DNA of 64,000 nucleotides from Somniosus microcephalus (GCA_052327205.1 CM126206.1:210242001-210306000); one strand, 5' to 3'; counted from the stretch's first letter, positions 37,639 through 52,240 are shown. The notes: a model not told the origin generated them from the letters alone. A program made the numbers and translations.

Positions 37639-40600
37639 TATATTCTCACTTGTGTTGTCTATATGCTTTGTACAAAGGGTGTCTCTAGAGATTAACGTTG
37701 AGATGCCAAGGTGAATGCTTGGATTTAGTTCAGCGAAACAGATTTTTTTAATTCGAAGAAGAATGCAGCTTCTATACGAATACGGACCTGTGTATTGGAG
37801 CCCGAGGAGAAAGAGTTGACTGTTGTGGACCAGCTGCAATATAAAAATATTTTTAAAAATAAACTAATAAAATGTGCGCATGCTTTAGATTAGGAAGCTT
37901 TCAGTGACTCTCACTCCCAATCACAACTATTGGATATATATTTTTTATCTTCAGTTACACGGAGGCAACCAGCCTCGTTCTTTTGTAACTGAACCTTCCG
38001 TAAGGAGGTAAATTAGCTCGACAATTCTCTAAACAATGCCTGCTCATCGCTGCTTAGAATACTGAAACTTGTGTATATGAAAGGCGGATTAAAACCTACA
38101 AAATACAAAAAAAAACACTTTTGTTTCTATAAATAACAATGAGTAGTGCCCCCACTACCCCAAACGGAGAGCATGCGTGTAAATATCCAGCCTGGAATTC
38201 ATAGTAAAAAAGCGGCTGCTAATGGGAATCGAAGGCGTTTTTGTGTCAAATTTATATTCGCCACCAAAATACGCAAGTGTAATTAAATTCTGGTTAAAAT
38301 GTAAAGTTCTGTACCTTTTTAGCTGTGGGGCTCTATATAGAAATACTTTACCGTTTAGCTTGGAGTAATAAGATTTTCAAAAACAGGCTATCCTATGCTT
38401 GCTGAAGCAATCCGTTGTTTATTTGTACTTGACACATTGTGCGTCGTAATTTGCCAATGCAGTTTTTACTTTTTACTTTTCAAAGGGAAGAGATGCTACC
38501 CGTGATGGCATACTTGAGCACAAAGTATTGTAAATATATCGCTCTTTTGGTACAATATGAATGTGTATTGACAGTTTTAAATAGGAATAGGGTTTAAAAA
38601 CTGCTGCTCATGCATCTATTATTTTCACGGATTCCTCCAAAAGATGACAAGTCTGCAGTATTTACAATATTGAAGCCATCTTTATCCGTGTGAACCAAAG
38701 ACAGAAAATTATTTTCATTAAACACATACGTGTTTTATTGCACAATGGTAACATTTCCTGTACATTCACCGTATAAGCTTTTTATAGGCCGATATACCCA
38801 TAGGCCGTATTGTACAAATATCGCCTACACGTTACCTGATAACATATACCAGCCTTTAAAAACAGTTTTGTTTATTATACCAATTTAATTTAAAGTTTCG
38901 TTGTGGTCTGTATCATTGCCATCATTAAAGTAGATGATTTTATTGTACTTTCTCATAAAACGACAGATGACAGTGGTCGAGTATTCGCCGTTACTTTCTT
39001 TGGTTATTCTAGTTTAATTTGCAAAACACTGAAATGTATTAAAAGGCTGGAATATGCACCACAGAACGTGGTGTTTTTTTTACATTAAGCATTTAGATTT
39101 TGGAAAGAAATGCAAGTTCTTTTAAGCGCAAGTCTTAATCAAATGCTGTTAAATTAAATGTGATATCAACATTTGCTTAACATTTGTATATAATTTCTAT
39201 TTATCGAGTTGACTAAAGGGTGTAAGATTTGCATGTACACGTTCAGAGAGCGTACAATGGGATTCAAGGTCGAAAAAGTAACTAAAAGTGCTTTTTCTTG
39301 ATGGCGATCAATGGAGGCTTCTTGAACTTTGTCGGGTATTCAAGACGAAAACTAAAACACCTGCAAAGTACTGTATTATTGTGCGTTTCATGTACGTAAT
39401 AAACAATCATTAAAGCTGGATAACATTCCACATCATCCTACATACATTAGTATGTTTTTCTTTGGTTTGTTTTCTGGAAACCTATAAATTGAAATCAAAT
39501 TTTGGACAATGCAACTTCAATTAGCTTTCTCATGGCACAAATCAAAGTCATACCACACAACTTGTCGTGTTGCTCACATAGATAAAATCGGTTGAAATGC
39601 CGGAATTCGAATTAGTTTAAACATAGTGTATTTAGTATAAACAAAAACTGACTCTGTAATTTGGATAATATTGCCAATCTAAACTTTCCGATTGGCAAAC
39701 ATTCAAGTGCGATTGATTGGATTTTTAGGGACCTACTTTAGAAGTGATTGCAATACCTTTCATTTGTATTACAATATTTTTAATGCCGGTTTGCATGCTT
39801 TTTTCTTGCTTGTTTCCTGGCTTTGAACTTCTGTTGCGCCATGGACGTCACCTCTAACCTTGGGGATGAAGGGATAATCAGCCCTGAAGCTTCCATACAC
39901 TGGTTAGACTCCCGCCGGAGGTGACGGGAGCCCGCTACAAATTATAAGAGATTGATCAAGAGGACTGCAGAGTTCCTAGCGAGTTATGATCTAGTATCAC
40001 GGAAGTTTAATGTTGCGTGTGAGGTTGTTTTAATAATGAATGATACTAGCTGTGATTAAAGATATGAGCGTAGCTTTTAGCTCTACGGAAGAGGGAGTTG
40101 AGACCAGCGTTGTACCAGATTAAGGGGCTGTGGCATTCAAGGCAAATGACAAGGGATCGTCTCTGTTGCTGTGGTTACTAACAGCAGGACAAGTCATAAA
40201 GCCTATTTAATGTGGCTATCTGCATATTTCCAAGATTACCGCAATAGATTTAGAATTGCAAATGCGGGGAACGTAATCAAATAACTCGATTTTAGCTGTT
40301 CTCACATTCTAGATATCTTTTTGCGTTCGTTCTAGGTTTTTGTGCTGCCGCAGCTGTGACAGTGAATTCTTTCAATAGGACGTTCAGCCCACATGGTGGC
40401 GCAATTTAGATCAATGTCAAAGCCGCTGTAGGGCAGCAAAAACCTATAAGGAAAAATACTTTGTCCATCGCCATTCCAAAGCAAGACTTCCAAAAGAATT
40501 ATGTTCGTTACTTAAAGTCGAATTGAATGCTGCAGAACTTCGAGAGATAAATTAAATCCAATACGTTCGGAATGTTCCAAAAGAGCTTCAAAATAACTGT

Positions 40601-42492
40601 TTTGCTAACAAAAGGTAGGTGATCAGACTCCATGTAGATACGACATGGACGTTTTATTCGACAAAATCCATATAATAGTTTACAGACTCTTCAACCCGCT
40701 TAACAAATGCTACTACACCATTAGCAACGAAAAATCACAGATTTTATGTTACAGTTAATGTAAGAATTAAAGACGGGAAGGCTGAAAGTTCCTTTTCAAA
40801 TTGCTTTTACTTCGTCCGAAAAAAACTCTGCAAAAGGGGAAGTGCGCGTTTTTCATTTCAAACACAGCAGACTTTAATTGAATTTTGAAAACAGGATAGA
40901 CAATACTGTAAACTTGATGATTACATAAATCACTTACGATAAAACATTTTGCAACAGTAACAATATAACACGTACACTGTCAGATTTGCTGGTTAGGAAG
41001 GAAAGGTTTAATTCTGGAATTAGGCTTTTCCGTTATCTTTCTTTTAATTCTTTTATTTATTTCTGTTGTTGCATGATGTTGCATGATTGCTCTTTTATAA
41101 AGTATCAACATAATACTATCAAAAAACACCAACAGTTATTTCCTTATAATTTGATCTGCAATGTTAAATTTGATTTGTTTCTCAACAACCGGGACATTTT
41201 GTATTTTTAGAATTCTAACCGCTAAATGACCATTTGTATTATTCAAAGCCACAGACAAAGTTCAAATGTGCTCTGCCGCTGATCTTGGGTTTTGCGTTCA
41301 AGATACAGCACATTTCTGTAACTTGTGTACTGCCTGGTCCTGTGTGATTCCCATTCATACAAAGGAAGGAATATTTTTTTCTCCTTTAAAAATATTCAAC
41401 TGTTCATTTACTTGAAATAATCCATTCTCACTGTTTTATCTGTTCTTACATATTGATTGAAAATTAAAACTTCAACCGAATCTTGCCTTGATTTACTAAT
41501 TTGACAGTTTTGTCATTTATATGCCTTAGCCGGGTAGTATTGTTTCTCTACAGTTAATAGGTAACTTTTACATTTCAAAGAAACATTGTACTTTGTTGTA
41601 ATGTTACGCTTTTTATTCCAATGGATATCAATTTATTTCTATTTCCCGCACTATACAATTTTAAACGGTTAAGGCAGAAATGAATGCGATCAATATTTCC
41701 AGAGTATTTGCCTACATATTTTGCCATCCACTAAACATGTTGTGATTTTTAATATAGACAGCTAATTTTAAAAGGCATTAAAATAAAAAGTCAGCAGTAA
41801 AGCAACTGGATACAAAGTAATTTAACATTTAATAAAACTTAATTTCAATTCAGAATTTATTCACTAAACTAAAATTAATCGCACGATTTTTGTGGCATTT
41901 TGAACTAAATTTCATATGAACACTATACTTGCTGATCTTAAGTTGTACCAGCGGGGAAACAGAGATCAAATTTGTCTTGTACTACATTTCTTTCGGTAAC
42001 GATTCCCTATAATAATCGGGCTGACTAAACATTGCATAAACATACTATTTGCGACAACTATTACTGCGTTAAAATTCTTGTGGTATATGGATTCGAAGGA
42101 AATTCGTGGAAAATGTATGCGTGCGTGTATATATGTGTAAGTTTACGTGACTGCTTATCTAGTAAAAGGTTTGATTAAAAAAAATATTATACGTGAATTA
42201 CGGTCTAGTATTAATCCAATGGTTTGGTTTGGCTAAATTGCAAATTACTTAGTTTCCATACCCGAATAATGCTGCTAACCTATATTTGCAATATTATTTC
42301 TCCCTCTCAACGTATTCCTTTGTTTTAGACGGTAGGACAAAAATGACAACTTCCAATTATTATACGTGCTTATTATTTTAATGAAGTGTTACCTAGTGTT
42401 CGATGCATGTCATGAAGTACATTCCTATCACGAATCAGTGCAACTTCAATATTTTATGCATATGAGTTAGAAGCTGAGGCAACGTTAGGCCA

Positions 42493-42510
42493 CAGCGCCC
42501 TCTGGGTCTA
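42493..42510 (-). promoter_or_regulatory. CTCF motif between Hoxa11 and Hoxa10
   Basis: Minus strand TAGACCCAGAGGGCGCTG; the CAGAGGGCGC core is intact. Confidence 0.55.
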
Positions 42511-45500
42511 GGATTAGCACTTGCACAGCAACATACCAGTGATTCATTCTGGATTTTTCTTGCTGTAGAAAGTGTATTCGGGTATTGCAGAACTAAATGG
42601 TTTTAATGATCAGAAGCTAATAAAAACAATTAAAAATAGGGCTCCATTTCTACGGGCAATTATTACCTCCGTGCTTACTGCCACAATAGTCACAAAAAGT
42701 CTGTGGTAGCCTATTTGTTAAATGCTATATAATTAAAAAGAGACATTTTCAGCAATTGCTCTTTGCTCTTGGTGGGCACATGAGATTTGGTATTGCAAAA
42801 AAGCGTATCATATTTTGCAATTACTGAAACGGCAGCCTTTAAAGTGTATGCAAGTATTAAACCTTCGATTAAATAGTTGAGGGTTTGATTAATATATAAC
42901 TGGATAAATCCCCAAATAAACTGTGGAAACTGAAGATTTTCCACGTGAGATTGCCAACACTTTGGAACAGTGAGGGATGAGTAAGAAACAGTACGAGGAA
43001 CTAAAGAACAAACATTAGCACCGACCTGCCGCTGTGAGCTTCAATTTAACTGTTCGGAAAATAGAACCGTCTAGACATTCCGAAGTTTAATTGCACATTC
43101 ATCGATTTTTAAAAAAAGATTAGCTAATTTCTTCTTTCGCTATTTCAGATAAAACACATTGTTCATTCTGTGCAGCTAGGTGTGTCTTATTAACCATTCA
43201 ACTGCATTTTACAGTTATCTCCCAACACGCATTACTTTGCACATAAACTTCCGCTGTGTAGCTACTGAACTCCGATCGCTCAAGCAAGATAATAATGTAC
43301 GTTAAAAATATTTAACTAAAATACAGTTTTGTTTCTACAGCAGTAAATTGCAAAATATGATAGTACTGGTTACAGTATGTTCTTTGTTAGAAAGGGGGAG
43401 ATGTATTAGTGAAAGTTAACGTTTACTTTACTCTGGAACGTTGAAGCTGTACATTAAAAAGAAATGGCACATGCACACTTCATATCTGAAGAAGTTACAC
43501 TGCATTTTGCTCTAAGGCATTTACCATTCCGTTATGTTATTGAACGACTTTAAATTGAACATTAATACCACAAATTTGTCTTTGTTTAGAGGTATCAAAC
43601 TATTGAATGATAGCGTTCCAGTCAGTGTAGTTCTATACAGGAGACTGATGTGAGAAATTTGTTTTAATTGTATATTTTACACCGAGACTATTTTCGACGT
43701 GATGCGTAACATGGACATTCTTTTTACTTCGTGACCTGACCCCCGCTGCGTCACCTTCACCGTGGCCTAAGCGATTGAAATGCCGCTTTTTGGGGGGAAT
43801 AAAGGCAGTGAGCAATTCTCTCAGTGGCAAAAATGTTGTGTAGGCATTTACTTAAAACCATGCTAAATAAAATCAGAATTCGTGCGATTGATTACAAATG
43901 ATAGAAATTAACATAAATTTATTTTTTCAAATAAGAGAAACCCGTCTCCGGATTTCAACAAAATCCAATCAAAATCTCTTTAATTATAAAGCGACATGGA
44001 AGTGTGTTGGCGCATTTCTGTGTTTATGTGCTTGTGTTTTGTATGCGTGGTTTCTGCATAATTTGAAAATTTTCACCTGTATTCTCTGAAGCGAAATTAA
44101 CATCAGAATTATTTTAAGACTTAAAGAAACCGGTATCACCGTATCATCCACAATACTGCACAGGAAACAGTTCACTCTATTCAATCTAGATAATAGATTT
44201 AAAACTTCGACAACACAGTTCCCCACCCTATTTTCATCGGAGCATTTTTTTTTAATTGTTAGATGTTTTAATTGAACAACCTTGATCGACAAAAACTGTT
44301 GCTGAGACATAAAATGATGCGTAAAATACTATAATTTTCACTACGAACACAAATTTCAGAGTTAGATCCTTTACCTTGTGAAATGTTATTCATTGTTCAT
44401 GTTCAAATTCGGATAATTAATTTCAAATCATAATCCAATCGCTATTTCTTAATTTTCATTTGTTGACGGGATTCCTGGCACATCATTCTGAAAAAGTAAA
44501 ATAGCTGAACTGAAATAAGGTTAAAAATAAAACAAATGAATCATAGTTACATATTACTCTAGGCATCTTCACTGAAGTCAATTTAAGCAGACAAGTTTTT
44601 TTTATTTACTGGTATTGATATTGTTATCGTACCGACATGTTAAACAGTCGTGTGCCCATTTTTATTGTTACACTAAATTTTATTCAAACTTGTTGTACAA
44701 CGATAGTAGTCTTCTTTTTGTGTTCTAACTCTATTCCTCGTTTCTTTTGCATTGAAATGCATGTGTAAAATATTGTTTAACCTGCTTTCTTTGGTTCTCT
44801 CTGTTCTAACACTTTTTTTACGCTGAACAGTAAGTTACCCCAAAACACGTAACGCTTTTCCTGCAGTAGAATGCTGTGGCAACAATTAACCAAGTTAGTT
44901 AGAATTGTAGATTTAGTGAAAAGTAAGCTTGAATGAATTCAACAAGGACATGTTATAGACTGCTTTGTTTTTAATTTCTTGATTGCGGTCTGTGTCCCTT
45001 AGTTTGTGTTTTATGTGCAACGTCTGTATAAAGTTCTCGTTGAGTAACTTTTTAAAATTCCGGAATGGTGTTTCTGTTTTAATGTATTCGATGTTTTAAA
45101 CATCAAATGTAAAGAAGTGAAGCACTTTAGAACCGCGGGGTTGCCAGTCTTCGGTGTTTTCTTATCCATATAACTTGCACGTTTACATGAAGTGTATTAA
45201 AAAAACATCTATTTGTAAACACATTCTGATGGGCAAACTGTACAGGGATCTCAGGATGGCTGCCTATAAAACCGTTTAATACATAGGCAGTTAAAGGGCG
45301 CCATTGTTTTCAGATTTATCTCTAAGACACAAAGCAATTATCTCTCTTCGACCTCGCCAGCTATCTTAGCGAATCACAGATAATTATATATTTAAAAAAA
45401 AGACGATATATGTTAAATCAGAGTTCGCGAATGGCAAATATTTGCTCTAGTTGGTAGACTGAAAAGAATTCACTGCGCACATACAATGGACGGTACACTT

Positions 45501-48459
45501 GAAGGGTGAGGCGTCTTTTTAAGACTTCACAAAGTGTTGCATAGATTTTGTTGATACAAATCAGAGGTAAATAATTGCAAGTAATCTTACTCAGTGCTGC
45601 AAGTGGTGGATATATGAATCTTCCCCTCGAATCTTTATTTAAGAAACAGAGTGAAAGATTCATTCTGTCTGGCTTTCAGTCTTAAGTTCACGATCTAGGC
45701 TAAGAACGAGGCGAGCTATGAGTGCGGTCAGCCTGCTCTGCCCAGGCTTTGAAATCACTTATTTACTAGAGAACCACCACTCGCTCCACTGCTTTCTATG
45801 TTCGCTCTTTTACCACTGACTGGACAACGTATCGTTTACCTCGTTTGATGCAATGTTTGGAGACGTGTGTTTATTGATGGCGCCTTGACGGAGAAATGGA
45901 GGAATCTTGCAATACTCACGATCGATACAGCTCGGCGGAAATAAAACTGTCTTCGTTATTCTTTCTTATGTCAAGGGGAACGCGTTAAACGTTACAAAAA
46001 GTTTTGTATAACTTATACGGGGTTAGGCGATTTCTGTAGCTATTTCTTGTACTTATTTTTTTCTAGTCATGTACACTATAAAACCATTTCATTTGCCCCA
46101 ACCTCCTTCTCGGCAGAGTTAACCATATTTCTTAACTGTTAACAATGTCGTAATTAACAGTTACGACCACCTTAGAAACTAGGAAAGAAACTGTTTCCCG
46201 CAAGTCCTTGGTGCTTCAATTACTTCCCAGTGTGTGTGTGTTTTAATGTACACAGGAGCCACACTGCCCTCGCCCCACTCCTACCCATAAAGTTGAGAAA
46301 GGACTGCAGTGTCCTTAGAAACTGCAGAAACCAATCCACTATCCACATTACAGTTTTACTGTGAAACTGGGTTATACACATTTAAACCCATTATCTTTCC
46401 AAAAATACGCCAATAAAATTATCCAAATATGGTATCAATTTATTAAGCAATGAAATATTTACCAAGAGAACCAGACAAATATCCGCCTTCAACACATAAA
46501 CGCGCTGCTAGTTAGCATTGTTGTACAGTAGCTTGAGCCTTTATATCTGAGACGCTGGTATAGAAGGCAATTGTTATTTTCCCCCCATTAAATCTTTGTC
46601 TGCTCCCATGATCATACGTGTCATGGGCACAGTGGGACTGCAAAAGGGAAATTTTTCAATTTTTTTGATAAAGCACATTTAAGTTTTTATGGGTTTTCTG
46701 GACGACCGTGATAATTCTAAGCAGTCGTTTGTGTTAAAAAAAACTAGCAAGAATAAGGAATCCTCTGAGACGGCCCCTTAGCAAACACGATGTGTGTACA
46801 GCCGGCCTTCATATCCCGCTGACTTTAACACAAACGATATTTTAAATAACCTGCTTTAGATTAGCAACATTTTCTGAGCTTTAATCCAGCGCCAGAAGTT
46901 AAAATAACAGTTATTGGAATAATAGCGCAGAGATGGGGGGTGGCGGCGTTGGTGCTGGGGGGCGGGTGGGGGGGGGGGGGGGGCGCACAATTCGAGCACG
47001 GCTTAAAATTGACTCGTAGTGAAACGCAGCAATACCAGAGACTGAAGATTAAATCCTTTGTCATTGTGAAATCACAATGTTTACGCCGATCCCAAACTAA
47101 AGTCTACATTTGCGAGCGTCTTTGCTGGTTGCACTTGATTACAGAGGTGGCCGAACAAAATACACATAACATGATTTAAGCACAGCACTGTCTCCTATTC
47201 GGAGCCGCATTGATACATGTCACATTGTACAGATATGCCACAAAATCAACAATTCGAAGGTAAAGACCGCGCACACACTACTAAACGCGCACATTTCCTT
47301 AGACTAAAAAGGTGTTTCTTTTTTTTTTGGGGGGGGGGGTAATTTTTAATTGTTAATTACTTAATTTCTACCGACACTAATATTAAGGATAATTGCTTCA
47401 TTTAGTGTACAACTGTCCTTGAACGTCACCTCATTCCGAAAGAAAAGTTCACAAACCGTAGCTCCCACTCCTCCTGGAACAGAGACAGGGGCATTTGCAG
47501 TTTCTGTCTGATTTCATTTCTAAAAGTTACCTTTGGATGAGGTGGAGAGAGAGACTCCGGACGAAGCTTCTGTTCCGCGCCTTGTTTTAAACTTGACCAG
47601 TTTGTAGTTGAGATGCTTGTAAATTCTGTTTAACAGCCTTGTTTTCTATTTTTAACCCGAAATCATGAGATCGATTTTATAGATGTGGTTAATGCTGTCT
47701 ACTTTAGCCCAGGCAGCCGAAGAACACATGGTTAAAACATTTAGAAACAAATGCTTTCGATTTCTTGAAATGGTAAGTATGAAATATCATAAATGGTCAT
47801 GACTCAATCAACTTCTAATATCCAATGCTGGAGAAATAGAAGGGGAAAGAAAATAAATAGGTTTTGTTGCATTATTAGTTTGTTGTCACTGACCTTTTGC
47901 ACTTAACCTACAGAGCTGCAGCACGTTGCATTAACCTACTAAACTCTAGACTACAAACATCAAGCCAGAAATGCAATGTAGCGGCTGTGTGTTCAGGAGT
48001 TATTCTTGAACACCACGCCTCACAGAATAGTAATAGAAATAACAATCAGAAAAGTCCCAGTGTGGATCAGAATTACAGTGGTCACTGTGAAACTGGAGCA
48101 GCAGCCGGCTGGGTAATCACAGTCAGACCCGTGAAAGTCAAGATTACTTATGTTTTCTCGCGTATACCTGCCAGTGAATCTTAGCGCGTGATTAGACGTG
48201 TATTATAACAGGACTAAAACTTTTCCTTTTTGTCAACTTCATATGTGAATAATTTAATATATTAAAATGATTGCTACTATGAACCAGTAATGCAGCTTTG
48301 CATAATGCTGAAACTTGTGGTGATGCAGCATTACATATTGGAGCAGCGTTTTTATTTAATTTGAAGGACGTGATTCTAATAAAGTAGAACCGAGTAAATA
48401 AAGATGCATTTAGACGCTTTTGCAGTTTACCGAATACATATGGTGACCTTATTGCAGTT

Positions 48460-48580
48460 CTAGTGACGTAGCCCGCCGTGGAGGAGGGGCTTATGTCCAG
48501 CTGTGCCATTTGATTGGCTCGTCCTGCCTGTCGTGCTGCGGAGGTATCTCTAATCATATTCAGCGTGTTTGCACAAGAAA
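48460..48580 (+). promoter_or_regulatory. Hoxa10 proximal promoter
   Basis: TGACGTA CRE-like site, GC/GGAGG box, TGATTGG (reverse CCAAT), and CTAATCATATTCAGC upstream of the ATG. Confidence 0.6.
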
Positions 48581-48630
48581 TGTCAGCCTGAACTGGATAT
48601 CTTCTGCTTTCGCCAAATTACCCCACAACA

Positions 48631-49390
48631 ATGTCATGCTCAGACAGCCCGGCTGCAAACTCCTTTTTAGTAGATTCTCTGATCAGCGTGGGCCGTGGCG
48701 GGGAAGGAACCTATTACCCCAACAGCAGCGTTTACCTGCCGCCTGCCTCTGATCTGTCTTACGGCATCCAGAACTGTGGACTTTTCCCATCTCTGAGCAA
48801 ACGCAGCGAGAACAACTCTCAGAGTATGGTCCTGACTTCTCATCCCTACATGAGCGGGATGGAGGTCTGGTCAGATCCTCCCAGGTCCTGTCGCATGGAG
48901 CAACCTGCAACCCAGCAAGTAGCAGCATGTTCCTTCCCCCAGAATATCAAAGAAGAGAATGCATATTGCTTATATGATTCTGAGAAATGTCCCAAAAGCG
49001 CAGCCGCAACAGATCTTTCCACGTTCCCAAGGCTAACATCAGAATCTTGCTCCAATAGTGACACTACTACTAGCGGCGGGGTTCCTGTCCCCGGCTATTT
49101 CCGTCTGTCCCAAGCCTATCCGACATCCAAACAGACACTTTACAACAACACGGGCCAAGTTGGGGCCTCTCCATTCGTGCCCCAGTCCCAGATCCGTTTC
49201 GGAACACCCCCTTCTTCAGCTTCGACCCCGACTGAGTTGGGGAGAAAAGGAAGTGAAGGGACATCCCCCGGTCATTTAACCTGCGGTTCGGAAAGAGAAG
49301 AAGCAGAAGCTCCGGCTTCTTCAGCGAACGAAGAGTCATCTCCAGTCCCTTCAGAAAGCAGCAAAAACTCTCCTGAGAAACAAACAAAAG
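48631..49390 (+). CDS. Hoxa10: Homeobox protein Hox-A10, exon 1
   Basis: MSCSDSPAANSFLVDSLIS...CSFPQNIKEENAYCLYDSEKCPK...VPVPGYFRLSQAY; donor G|GTAGGT at 49391 (phase 1). Confidence 0.97.
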
Positions 49391-49491
49391 GTAGGTAAAT
49401 AAGAGGCAGAGGGGGATTTATACAACTAGCACTCAGAAACGGGTAGACGTGGCAGGTACAGCCAACAAGCGTAACAAAGGGGGGTTAATTC

Positions 49492-49505
49492 TGACCTTGT
49501 GAACT
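49492..49505 (-). promoter_or_regulatory. Consensus DR2 retinoic-acid response element in the Hoxa10 intron
   Basis: TGACCT-TG-TGAACT reads AGTTCA-ca-AGGTCA on the minus strand. Confidence 0.7.
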
Positions 49506-50980
49506 TTTTATTTTTGGGCGTGAGCTATGCTGTAAAAATTAATGCCTGCTATAGTTTACAGCACGAGCCCACGCTCCCGAGTCCATTGTAGCCACATTCT
49601 AAACTTGTCAGATAAGTTACAAACCACCAATCCTTTCTGCAGTTATTTAAGTGTACCGCATAGAAGGACATATTTGCACACAGAGTCCAAAGTAAACAGA
49701 GGACAGCCAATAAATAATACTCAAAGGAAACCAGTGATGTTTTATGATCTAGCGCGCCTTTCGAGAAAAAATACTTTGAAAAAAAATTAGAAAAGTTTTC
49801 AAAATACTGAAGGATGGCACTGTCATATTTTACTTTAAGATGTTTGATACTATTTGACCAGTGCAGAATTATTACTCATCTGTATTTTTTAAATAGATCA
49901 AATTTGAAGTTATAAATCAGTTTTAGTCGTTAGTTTTTGCTGCGCCTAAAATCCAGGTGACTAACTACATGGAGGTATCACAACAGAAAGATGGACCTGC
50001 TTTGGAAAAGATTAATCTTAACTCTAACGAACTTCCGAAGAAAACATTTGATAAAGTTATTTCAAAACAAGTGAAACAATGAGGTACTGAAAAGGCAACG
50101 ATCTTAAAACATTGCAGCGAAGAGGAGAATATTTCAATCTGTTTCATTCGGATTTGTTTACTTAAACAAAAGCTTTGCTTAATTTCCTCGAACTAATGAA
50201 ATAGATGAACACAGTTTTTGTTTGGTATGAAACCTGGCGAGAAACAGGGCTGGAAACTTAAAAGTTGGAAATGATACCAGAGGGGAAGACACGCCTACTG
50301 GTGTTATGCAAAATATTGAATGTTACCTATAATGGCAGTAAAACTCAGTGGATAACTAACTGCGAGGACATACTAAAATACTAAATACTAAACATACTAA
50401 AAAGGAGAACGAGCAGGATTCTTGTAGAATAAAATGAAACCAAACAGACAGTGCCACCCCAAGTACATAGCAAGCTTAACAATCGTTTAAAAAATATTTA
50501 ACAGTAACAAAATAGAATTTTCAAACTAATTTCGTCTTCAGTTTAAATGCACCTACAACTCACTTTTACACCACGTAGATCTGCATTTCAGAAACCCGTT
50601 TAAGTCATGAAATAATTGAAAATATGTTATTTCTGCGTTCCATGTGGACGTACACATAGCATGCGGACAAGAAGATAAATTGTACAATATTGACTAAAGC
50701 CTAGTGCCATAGGATCAAAACAGAAAATTGAAAATTGGAAGATGTAACATTTTAAGTATTCCATAGCGTACCTATAGTTGTGTTATATGTAGTGACACTG
50801 TACCATGAAGGGTACAAATAAAAACATCCAGCCTGCCACACGTAGGTACCTATTGAAAATTATATGACGAAACATGATAAACTTTCTTCTCTTTCTCTCT
50901 TCCATCTATTATCTCGTCTCTCTCTATTTATCTATCTGTTTTCTTGTTCTCTCGCTCTTTTTCTCCCCTTTACTTACTAG

Positions 50981-51255
50981 GGGAAGTGAAAGCTGAAAAC
51001 GGGGCCAACTGGCTGACTGCAAAGAGTGGCAGAAAAAAACGATGCCCTTACACCAAACATCAGACCCTGGAGCTGGAGAAAGAGTTTCTCTTCAACATGT
51101 ACCTGACTCGAGAGCGTCGCCTAGAGATTAGCCGCAGTGTCCACCTGACTGACAGACAGGTCAAAATCTGGTTTCAAAATCGCAGGATGAAACTCAAGAA
51201 AATGAACCGTGAGAACAGGATTCGGGAGCTCACAGCTAACTTCAGCTTTTCATGA
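50981..51255 (+). CDS. Hoxa10: Hox-A10 exon 2 (homeodomain)
   Basis: Long pyrimidine tract + tag|; [91 protein letters not shown]. Confidence 0.98.
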
Positions 51256-51965
51256 TAAACACAAACACTGGTTTACAGATTTTAACGGGACATCGGGAAG
51301 TTGTGCTAGTGTTACTAAAAGACTAAAAACTTTTCCACTTACCTCTGACTTCGCAGCACTGTGCTGGTTGTAGATATTTACGATTTACGTGTTTTGTTTT
51401 TATTCGTGGCGATAGTCTGTTTCTGTAATTATAATAATAAGTGTTGCCATTGATAAGCAAGGCATGCACAGAAGTTATCGCCATGTTTGATGATTTTTCC
51501 CAACAACTGGGGGGGGGGGGGAAACAACATGTCAACAATATTTTAATTGTACTAATGACCAATTATCAGCTAAGTAAATCAAACTTTATAATGTTTAAAT
51601 ACAGATGATCCATGTTGTTAAAATAGTCCCACAAATAAGCAACTACCGTATGCTGACATGTTGATAGAAGTTAAATGTGAATATGTTGTAAAGTGTGTTG
51701 TTACATAAAGATAATCACAAACCATGAACGGAAGCATCAAAGCACATTTAAATGTGAAAAATTGTTGCAAACATAAAAAAGTAGAATGTCGGACCTTTTA
51801 TTCGCTGCCGTCGATTCACTTTTAGAAGAAAACAAAAAACAAATAGACTTGATTGATTTGGGTTTGAAAAGATGAACTACTCATACCGCAGGACTCCGAT
51901 TATGCTCAGTCCTATTGCTGCTGCACTGTGTACGTTAACAAAAACTTGTGTTTTCATGAAAGATG

Positions 51966-51971
51966 AATAAA
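51966..51971 (+). terminator. Likely Hoxa10 polyadenylation signal
   Basis: AATAAA about 710 nt after the stop, followed by T/GT-rich sequence. Confidence 0.5.
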
Positions 51972-52094
51972 ACGTATTTCGTCGGAGTCCTTTGAGATAG
52001 GTATATATATTGTTTTTACTTCAATTTGTGTTCGAGTTTTTTTCTTACCTTATCTGTTGAGGTCGTTTACAGCAGGAATGGTGGGTTTAAAGAC

Positions 52095-52240
52095 TGGCAA
52101 TTACCGTTGCAATCTATTTAAATATTACCTAGACGGTCGTAATTTGTCTGGGCTATATAGCAATGGTGCTGTAACGTTTGTCGGCTTTTGTTGAGTTTTA
52201 TGACTTGCTAGTATATCTGGGTTGTTGCTGTCTTGGACGA
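52095..52240 (+). promoter_or_regulatory. Candidate promoter of the mir-196 host / distal Hoxa9 transcript
   Basis: TATTTAAATATTACCTAGACGGTCGTAATTTG, a CTATATAG TATA-like box and a TTTTATGAC Hox/Cdx site, about 0.9 kb upstream of mir-196. Confidence 0.5.
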
